A stretch of DNA of 64,000 nt from Eledone cirrhosa (Eukaryota): contig OZ024741.1 of the NCBI GenBank assembly GCA_964016885.1, forward strand, positions 83,142,001 to 83,206,000. Reading direction: 5' to 3'. The position numbers were made by a program, and so were the translations under genes. Of this stretch, positions 54,757 through 64,000 are shown in pieces. Below the pieces are notes generated by a model. That model ran no database searches, was not told the DNA's origin, and was given only the letters and a program-made list of their open reading frames with translations. Within the stretch, counting starts at the first letter, position 1, and every line of letters begins with the position of its first letter.

Positions 54757-54862
54757 TCCCGCCGAGGTTAAGTTTGCCTTTCATCGTTACGGGGTCGATA
54801 AAATAAAGTACCAGTAATGTACTGGTTATTTGCTGGCATTGTGCCAAATGTAGAAACAATTA
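54757..54862 (+). mobile_element. SINE family 1, 3' two-thirds
   Basis: cccgccgagg...gcctttcatcgttacggggtcgataaaataaagtaccag...gtagaaacaattatt. Confidence 0.85.
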
Positions 54863-54904
54863 TTATTATTACTATTATTATTATTATTATTATTATTGTT
54901 ATTG

Positions 54905-55260
54905 TTATTCCTTGAATCTCAGTCATTGATGTTGGTTAACTGGAAAGTCCGTTGGATTGAATATCAAGCCACTACCTGCAGCCTCAGATATTCAGGACGT
55001 ATCGGAGGGTTCTTGCTGTTCCAAGCAAGCATGCCTTTTGAAGCGTTCCAAAAAGCGTGAAGGGGCCGATTTTCTTTAACCATCCCTGGAAACTTTTGGA
55101 GATAGTCCCCAGTGCGCCTATGACAATCGGGATCACTTTGACTTCATGGCAGTTCCAAATCCTTTTCACCTCCCACTTTAGGTCCTGGTATCGGTTAATT
55201 TTCTCCCTCTCCTTCTCTTGCACTCTCGTGTCGAACGGGCAGGCCACATCCACCTCCACA
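54905..55260 (-). mobile_element. 5'-truncated R4/Dong element flanked by (TAA)n on both sides
   Basis: ORF 54984..55259 (VDVACPFDTRVQEKEREKINRYQDL...) is almost identical to 61958-62225. ATT tracts lie at ~54859-54904 and 55262-55312. Confidence 0.92.
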
Positions 55261-55516
55261 AATTATTATTATTATTATTATTATTATTATCATTATTATT
55301 ATTATTATTATTGGTCTAATCGGACGTCTTTTGCTCGCTCCCAGTAAGTCGCTTTATTTGCCTGTTAAAATTATTTGTTGTTAAATATTTCTTGTTGTGT
55401 AAGGGATATAAGCCCTTAGACTTTGTCCCGTGAAGGGGAAGTATAATATTTGAGCCTTTTGTCCCAAATATTTGAACTTTTTTTTACATGTTAAAAAATT
55501 TACGAAGAAAAAAGAA

Positions 55517-58500
55517 CATGGCTGAGCCACGCCTCCCAGCGATATGTCGGCTGTCGTGCTACAACGACGTATAAGTTGAGAGGAGCGCTACAGCGAAATT
55601 AACATACATTGATAACACAAAGACCACCACAAACAATGTAAACAAAAACACCAATGATACCAATAAGAACTCTAATTTTGAAAAAAATGACAGTAACATC
55701 GACAACGAAAATACAGATAACAAAAAAAAAAATAACAAATACAACAACAATATCAACACCACTAACATGAAAACAAATAGCGACAACACCAACAGCAACA
55801 ATACCAACTGCACCGAGAACAACGGTGGCAATAAAGACAACAATGATAACAGGGACAGTACTAACAACAACACCAACAAGAACAACGACAGCAACACCCC
55901 CAACGAAAACAAGAAGAACACTTTCGCTGCGGCAGCAGCAAAAAAGAGGCCATGCTTCAACATGGACCTCTCAAACAAAGATGAAAAGTTGGCCCAGGCA
56001 TGGAAGCTCATCAAGCAAGAGCAAACTTGGGCCAACTTAACTGTCCCGGTAGAAGCTATTGAGGCAGTGGAGCGCAAAACGTTGCATTATAGATGCATCT
56101 CAGCACAAACCAAAAGGGCAGCTCTAATCCCACAAGAAGATGTCGAAGTTGCGCTGAGGTGCATCAGAGAAGACACCCAGTACATAGAGATGGGCAGACA
56201 GTACGGCACCATTTCGGTGTTGTTCAAGTCAGAAGCCCTCGCTATGAAACACGCTATGACTCCTTGCAAAACCAGCAAGGTCATAATGTACCCCTCCCAC
56301 ATGGGAAAAAGAACGGCCCATCTCCGCATTCCCAGAATCCCACTAGGACTTGACATGTGGTGGCCTCTGGGATGTGTGATTGTGGAGGGGACTGATACAG
56401 TCCCTATAGAAGTGACCAGAATGGCCAGAGAGGACTGGTCCGTGGTTGACCTGGAGATCCTTCTCCAGATCAGGCCCGAGAATGTGAAGACAATCCCGGA
56501 CCACATCCGCCTTCAGAATGGGACGGTCATTCACATTATGACCGAAGGCAAAAGGCCACAGTGTTTTGTTTGTGGAGAAAAAAACCCATTTGCGAGCCTT
56601 CTGCCCTTAACTGCTGAAAGAGGCAAGGGGTCGAAAGGCACCACTGCTGCCGACGCCGAGGCGAGGAGCACAACCAACACCAGCACCGGCAACACCACCA
56701 ACAACAACACCAATAGAAAGACCACCACCAACATTGACCACCCAGGGAGGAAACGAGGAAAGCTATCAAATTACCCCTCCCCCCCAAAATACACACACCA
56801 ATAAAGCCATAAACATACATACAGGCACACTTACAGACACAAACCCCTTATCTACCAGTAGTGGAAATGAGGGAAATTCAAAATCCCCCAAAATACGAAA
56901 AAGGAAACACAAAAAGCAAAAAAAACACTCAACAAAACACAAAAGCACCCAAAATAAAAAACGCAGACACCACCCACCAACATCAACACCACCATCACTA
57001 TCACCAGAATCCCCCAAACGCAAACAACCGAAACAGACGCAAGAACAAATATACACACAAACATCTGAAACCACAGACACCGCACTCACAACAAACACAG
57101 ACACAACCAAAACACCACCACCAAGACCATCACCACCACAACCACGCAAACAAATAAAATCACACCAACAAAACATACAAAACTTCGTGCTAGTCAGGAG
57201 GGCCAACAAGTAACTGATGGCCCTCGTAGCACGAAGTGAACATATACAACAAGAGGGGGACATTTTTACATCGAGCACATTTCGCGTGCCGGAAGATTTG
57301 GTTCTGGTGCGAATGTCGCTCGACATATTCAAAGAAATACGAGACAGCTTTCCTCGGGACGTGGGAACCCCGAACGTAAAACCCACTTCAAGACTTTTAA
57401 AGGGGTTCCCAAAAGAAATCCCACTAACTATGGCGGTCGAATAACCCGACCTTCACAAGAGCCCGGAAGGTAAGTAAGCCTTCCTCTCTCTCTGTTTAAC
57501 CTGCCAGCATAGCCGTATTAAGAGTAGCATGTTTAAATTTTCGAGGCCTGGGATCGTCCTGGAAGCAGGATCACCTGCTCAACGACCTTATGTCTATAGA
57601 AATGGATGTAATTGTAGTCAGCGAGACCAGGATTTCTAACACGCGCGCACTAGCTCCCATTTTCGACGACTATCAGACCTTAGCATCTGTTAGCCGGCCG
57701 GGAATGGGAGGCGGGGTGGCAGTGCTGTTTAGGAAAGGCCTGGATCTCGAGGTAAGGTCGATCTTACGGGACCCGGACGGGAAGTTGGTGGTCCTGGACG
57801 TGAACAATAATGAAGGTGGTGCCTTTAGACTGGTGGTCGTCTATGCTCCTACTGGGGCAGGACGGCCGGACTTCTTTAGACGCCTGGAAGCCTTTCTGGG
57901 TACGTCTCGATCTTTACTGTTAGCGGGGAACTGGAACGGCATCACGCTGGGGCTGTGTGGGAGTATCCGATAGGAGCGTGTGGGGGGTGGGTGCAAAAGC
58001 CTCAAGAACCTGATCAGCCAGTTCTAACTGTCTGACAGGTACCGACTAGATTTCCCTAATGCGCCAGTGAGGACCTGGGCTAACCTCATAGGGTCATCTA
58101 GATCGTATATAGACAGGATATTCATTAGGAAAATAGACAGAAATAGTGTAAGCTGTCCACGTTTTAAAACGGTCGCCTATTCAGATCACAGGTTTGTGAT
58201 CTGTATGGTCGACCTAGATATGACGCATAGGTTATTACCTGGTTACTGGAAGCTAAACATGTCATTTCCGGCACGTAAGACTTACAGGGACCAGGTCAAC
58301 AATTTAGTTAAGAAAAGGTTGACAGGGGGGAGTCGTCAACAATAGATGGTGGGGGGCTCTCAAAAGAGAGATTAGAGTAATGTCGATAGAGTTTAGCAAA
58401 GAAGTTGCGTTAGTGAAAAATAGAAAGGAGGGGGAGTTGGTAGATAAGTTAGACGAGGCTATTGGTAGTGGCATTGCAACTGACGTGCTAGCGGCGAGAA

Positions 58501-59747
58501 TGGCATTAGACCATTTCTTCAATGCGAAACACGAAGGTTGCATTGTCAGAGCTAAGGCGCGTGCTCTGAGAAACGAGGGAACCAAAGCTGTTCGATGGGC
58601 CCGCGTGGCAGAGGCGCAGCGTGGTAATAAAACCAGGATTCGGTCTTTGACGGACCGAGATGGACACGAGCTGAGCGTTTCCAAGAGGATGTGTGAGGCC
58701 TTTCGCCAAGATTTTGCTCTGTTACTCGGGGGAAGTGGCTGGTCAGAGATGGTGGCGGACTTCAGTCCCTGCCTCGATGGCTTGCCGTAACTCACAAAGG
58801 CTGACGCTGGGCGCTGCGAAAGACCAACTACTTCAGCCGAGATTCAGGATGTTTTTGTCGGCTGCATGAGGCGCAAGTCACCCGGTTTGGATGGTCTGCC
58901 CTACGAGCTTTACATAAATATACCAGACTTGTTCTCCAATCTCCTCGAAGCGCTCTACTGCAACTGGAGTATTCCCAGTTCTGTGAGCCGGGGCGTAGTG
59001 ATGCTGATAAGGAAAGCCGAGAACAAGAAGGACACATTAGACAATTTCAGGCCCATAACTCTGCTCAACACAGAGTTTAAGATTTTGGCCAGGGTGTTAG
59101 CGAAGAGGTTGGCGCTTGTTGTCGGGGCTTTGGTGGGGTAGGCGCAAACTTGCGCAATCCCAACCAGATCCATACACGACAACCTCCCTGGCTTCGGTGG
59201 GGCTCTGATCAATTTAGATCAATCGAAAGCATTCGATAGGATCGACCGTCGGTACCTGGATGCTTTCCTCAAGGCGGTTGGCTTCGGCCCCGTCTTCAGA
59301 AGCTCGATCGCTGCAATGCACAGCGGCACCTGCTCGATGGTCAAAATTAATGGCCACCTCTCGGAACCGTTTCAGGTCTCCCAATCAAGGGTGCCCTCTC
59401 TCCTCTCTTCTGTACGTATTGACTCTCGAGCCGTTACTGCGGAAGCTGGAGTTGTTGCAGGGCATCCCGCTCGAACCGGGACGCGGAAAGGCTGTGTCGG
59501 CTTATGCGGACGACATCACCGTGATGGTGTCGGACACCTCAGAAATCGAGGTGGTTGGCAACTTATTGGAGGAATATGAAAGGCTGACGGGAGCAAAACT
59601 TAACCCGGAAAAGTCAGTGGGCTTGCAACTCGGCACCTGGAGAAGCAAGTTCATGCCAGCCAACAGCATCGTTAGGCGCTGGACGGACGGACCGGTAAAG
59701 TTGCTAGGGGTTTGGTTCGGGCCAGAACTCCAGGTGGATAAGAATTG
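55517..59747 (+). mobile_element. L1/Tx1-clade LINE copy C (5' UTR, ORF1, APE, RT), degenerate, 3' end deleted
   Basis: ORF1 has TFAAAAAKK and EGKRPQCFVCG. ORF2 pieces include VVSETR, VYAPTG, YSDHR, KSPGLDGLPYE, QGCPLSSLLY, AYADDI, with multiple stops and frameshifts. Confidence 0.92.
55767..57477 (+). pseudogene. ORF1 of Tx1 copy C, frameshifted in an A-run within the zinc knuckle
   Basis: ORFs 55767..56804, 56734..57213 and 57217..57444. CFVCGEK is followed by out-of-frame HLRAFCP at ~56587-56607. Confidence 0.8.
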
Positions 59748-61828
59748 TAAATATGATGTTTCAGCCACATCGTTTTGAGGGCCTGCTCTTGCGCAGTCAT
59801 TAGCATTCCTTCTGTAGCCTTTTCAAGGTTTCCTCTTCTCAACCAGTTCCATGTCTTTGGATCTCTGAATTCCGTTTTCTCAAAGAAGGTACTATGAACG
59901 GATTTTTCATGAAGGTTGCTCTTTCTCCTTGTTGTTAATTCCTCCTTGGACATCCCCTGGTCTATTGTCCTCTCCTTCAGTACAATTCTGAGCATAGGCT
60001 CCTTACTATCGGTCACGAATTTGTGCAGGTTGTTTTTCTCAATCTGAACACAGTCCTCTATGCTGATAAGACCACTTCAACCTTCAGATCTCCTTAAGTA
60101 GAGTCTATCGACATCAGTCCTCTTGTGTAACATGTTGTAGATAGTCAATAGCTTCCTAGTCTTCCTATCCATTTCTTTTTGTCAGCAACATTCCATCTCA
60201 GAATTGCCGCACTGTACCTAATAATAGACACAGCTCCGGAATTTACTGCACTTATGGCATTTCTGCTGTTCAGATGTGACTTCAATACGCTCCTTACTCT
60301 CCGAATGTATTCAGACTTTATCAATTCCTTCATTTTTTTGTTCTTGATGTCATCAGCCTCCAGAACACCCAAATACTTGTATCCTTCTTCAGTGTCAATT
60401 TCCTTTATCATCTCACCTGGTGGTACCTGGATTATGTTGCTTCTGCTGAATTTACCCATCTTCATCAAAATGACTGCACACTTACTAATACCAAATTGAA
60501 TACATATATCATTGCTGAAAATACGGACAGTGTCAACAAGCACATCCAACTCCTTCTCACTTTTCCCGAAGAGCTTAAGATCGTCCATGAAGAGGAGGTG
60601 ATTGGTGGTAAGCTCTCCCTTTCCCAACTTGTATCTTGCTCTCACTTTTCGCAGTATAATGGTCAGTGGCATCAGGGCAAGTACAAACAACAGAGGGGAG
60701 AGACTCTCTCCCTGGAAGATACCTCTCTTTTTCTTCACGCCTCCCAAGGATTCTCCTGCTGATGTTAACACTAACTGATGTCATCTGCCACCTTGAAGAT
60801 CTCTAGGCTTTTGGTGATCCAAGAATGAGGCACCATGTCAAATGTCTTTTTGTAGTCTATCCATCCCATGGCAAGACCAGTGTGTCTCCTCTTTCAATTC
60901 CTCATTACCATCTTTTCAATAAGAAACTGGTCCTTTGTACCACGGGACTTCTTCGGCATCCTTTCTGTTCGTCCGATAACAAGTTGTTTGTGTGGAGGTG
61001 ATGGTAGATTTCCTCAGACATAATGCTTGTCAACAGTTTCCACATTACGGACAGACATGTGATAGGTCTATAGTTGGTAACATCATTACCCTTGATTCGG
61101 TCTTTCATTACCAGAACTGTGGTACCTTTTGTCAACCACTCTGGTACCTCACCTGACATCAAGCAGTCATTGAACATGGTTGTCAGTTTCGGGTGGAGGG
61201 ATGTTACATTTTTAATCCAATACTCCTGCACACCATCTGGGCCTGGTGATTTCCAGTTAGTTAGTTTTTGGGCCTGCCCTTTGAGAGTTTCAACTGTCAT
61301 ACTCAAATCAGTTTGTTGGTGTGCTTGTTCACTAATCTCCTTTTTTACTGTCTCAATCCACACTGTCTAGTCATTATGTTTAACATCCTCCTCACATATT
61401 CCTCTCCATAATGTCTTAGTTTGTTCCGCCTCAGGGATCAAGTCGTTGCCTCTTTCTTTCCCTTCAAGCTGTCCAAACAACATCTTCTGGTTGTTATCAA
61501 ACATGCGGTTCTGTCTATACTGACTGACTCTGCTCTCGTATCACCTAATTTTTGCACTCTTTGCTACAATGCGTTGCTTCAGTTCCTTTATGATAATATT
61601 TAGCCTTTTCCTACTAGTTTTGTACTTTATTTCCAGTCTATTTTTAGTGTTTATGTTTTTTTAGTGTCCCATTCAGTAGGGACTCAAGCTTTCCAATGTC
61701 ATTTCTCATTTCCCTGATTTGACCATTCAGTCGTTTCTTCCACCAAGGTTCTGATTTTTCTTGTTTGTTGTTTCCTCTCGCTTTTATGCCAAGCAATTTC
61801 CTCACCGCATTTGCTGTTGCTTTGAGGA

Positions 61829-61829
<1 letters not shown>
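59745..61829 (-). mobile_element. R4/Dong element, truncated at both ends, degenerate
   Basis: NWKSPGPDGV, YRPITCL, GIFQGESLSPLLF, FMDDLKL, GYKYLG. The 5' end abuts the (TAA)n tail of the next copy. Confidence 0.92.
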
Positions 61830-61874
<45 letters not shown>

Positions 61875-64000
61875 GTTGTTATTCCTTGAATCTCAGTCAT
61901 TGATGTTGGTTAACTGGAAAGTCCGTTGGATTGAATATCAAGCCACTACCTGCAGCCTCAGATATTCAGGACGTATCGGAGGGTTCTTGCTGTTCCAAGC
62001 AAGCATGCCTTTTGAAGCGTTCCAAAAAGCGTGAAGGGGCCGATTTTCTTTAACCATCCCTGGAAACTTTTGGAGATAGTCCTCAGTGCGCCTATGACAA
62101 TCGGGATCACTTTGACTTCATGGCAGTTCCAAATCCTTTTCACCTCCCACTTTAGGTCCTGGTATCGGTTAATTTTCTCCCTCTCCTTCTCTTGCACTCT
62201 CGTGTCGAACGGGCAGGCCACATCCACAATCAGACACGATCTTTTTTCTTTGTCCACAACCACCAGGTCAGGTCTATTGTGTTCCAGTTTTTTGTCCGTC
62301 TGTATCCTAAAATCCCACAGCACCTTCACCTGATTGTTCTCCATCACCGCCTCTGGCCTATGCTCATACCATTTCTCAGAATGTGGTAAATTGTTTACTT
62401 TGCACAGGTGCCAGTGGATCACCCTGCCCATCACATCGTGTCTCCATCCCTTATAGTGGGTCTGGGCTAGGTGTTTACACTCGGACACAATGTGAGCCAC
62501 AGTCTCCTCTCTCTCTCCACAGATCCTGCACAGTGGGCTAGCCTCCTCCTTGTAGATATGGTGCTTCAACCACTTCGTTTTGAGGGCCTGCTCCTGCGCA
62601 GCCATTAGCATTCCTTCTGTAGCCTTTTTAAGGTCTCCTCTTCTCAACCAGTTCCATGTCTGTGGATCTCTAAATTCAGTTTTCTCAAAGAAGGTACTAT
62701 GAAGGGATTTTCCCTTAAGGCCGCTCTTCCTCCTTCATGTTATTTCCTCCTTGGACATCCCCTGGCCTACTGTCCCCTCCTTCAGTACAGTTCTGAGCAT
62801 TGGCTCCTTACTATAGGTCACGTATTTGTATAGGTTGTTTTTCTCAATCTGAACACAGTCCTCTATGCTGATAAGACCTCTTCCACCCTCAGATCTCCTT
62901 AGGTAGAGTCTATCGACATCACTCCTCTTGTGGAACATGTTGTAGATAGTCAATAGCTTCCTAGTCTTCCTATCCATTTCTTTTTGTTCAGCAACATTCC
63001 ATCTCAGAATTCCCGCACTGTACCTAATAATAGACACAGCTCGGGAATTTACTGCGCTTATGGCATTTCTGCTGTTCAGATGTGACTTCAATACGCTCCT
63101 TACTCTCCGAATGTATTCAGTTCTTAACAATTCCTTCATTTTTTTGTTCTTTATGCCATCAGCCTCCAGAACGCCCAAATACTTGTATCCTTCCTCAGAG
63201 TCAATTTCCTTTATCATCTCACCTGTTGGTATCTGGATCCCGTTACTTCTGCTCAACCTACCCCTCTTCATCACAATGACTCCACATTTACCAATACCAA
63301 ACTGCATACATATATCACTGCTGAAAATACGGACAGTGTCAACAAGCACATCCAACTCCTTCTCACTTTTCCCGAAGAGCTTAAGATCGTCCATGAAGAG
63401 GAGGTGATTGATGGTAAGCTCTCCCCTTCCCAACTTGTATCCTGCTCTCACTTTTCGCAGCATAATGGTCAAGGGCATCAGGGCAAGGACAAACAACAGA
63501 GGGGACAGGCTATCTCCCTGGAAGATACCTCTCTTGATCTTCACGCTTCCCAAGGATACTCCAGTTGATGTCAACTCTGTCTCCCAGGACCCCATACTCC
63601 TGCCTAGCAACTGTCTGATGTTATCTGCCACCCTGAAGATCTCCAGGCTTTTGGTGATCCAGGAATGAGGCACCATGTCAAATGCCTTTCTGTAGTCTAT
63701 CCATCCCATGGCAAGATCAGTGTGTCTCCTCCTGCAATTCCCCATTACCATCTTATCAATAAGTAACTGGTCCTTTGTACCACGTGACTTCTTTCGGCAT
63801 CCTTTCTGTTCGTCCGGTAACAAGTTGTTTGTGTGGAGGTGATGGTAGATTTCCTCAGACACAATGCTCGTCAACAGTTTCCACATTACGGACAGACATG
63901 TGATAGGTCTATAGTTGGTAACATCATTACCCTTGATTCGGTCTTTCATTATCAGAACTGTGGTACCTTTTGTCAACCACTCTGGCACCTCACCCGACAC
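61875..64000 (-). mobile_element. Young R4/Dong element running off the window end
   Basis: RT, CCHC and RLE domains. The 3' UTR ends in a (TAA)n tract at ~61830-61874. Confidence 0.95.
61958..64000 (-). pseudogene. RT-RLE ORF of R4/Dong element interrupted by an in-frame TGA at 62735-62737
   Basis: ORFs 62735..64000 and 61958..62647 are in the same frame. Motifs [72 protein letters not shown]. Confidence 0.9.

Overview
AT-rich, microsatellite-laden animal genomic DNA. The SINE families and repeat landscape resemble octopus/cephalopod sequence, which is inference only. I found no convincing host gene, tRNA or rRNA. The window is a stack of mobile elements: several R4/Dong-clade LINEs (RT plus restriction-like endonuclease) that end at (TAA)n tracts; several L1/Tx1-clade LINEs (APE plus RT), one with a nearly intact ORF2; an RTE-like remnant; a Helitron with both termini (24161-30469) and a broken Rep-helicase; an internally deleted mariner with ~70-bp TIRs; and two tRNA-derived SINE families. 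The most notable hidden signal is a set of short, ORF-less cassettes embedded in (TA)n tracts. They have direct or inverted terminal repeats and carry type I hammerhead ribozyme folds, several with very long stem II and some in back-to-back pairs, consistent with Penelope-like or retrozyme-type non-autonomous elements. Different element classes sit against different microsatellite motifs. Coordinates were read by eye and may be a few bases off.
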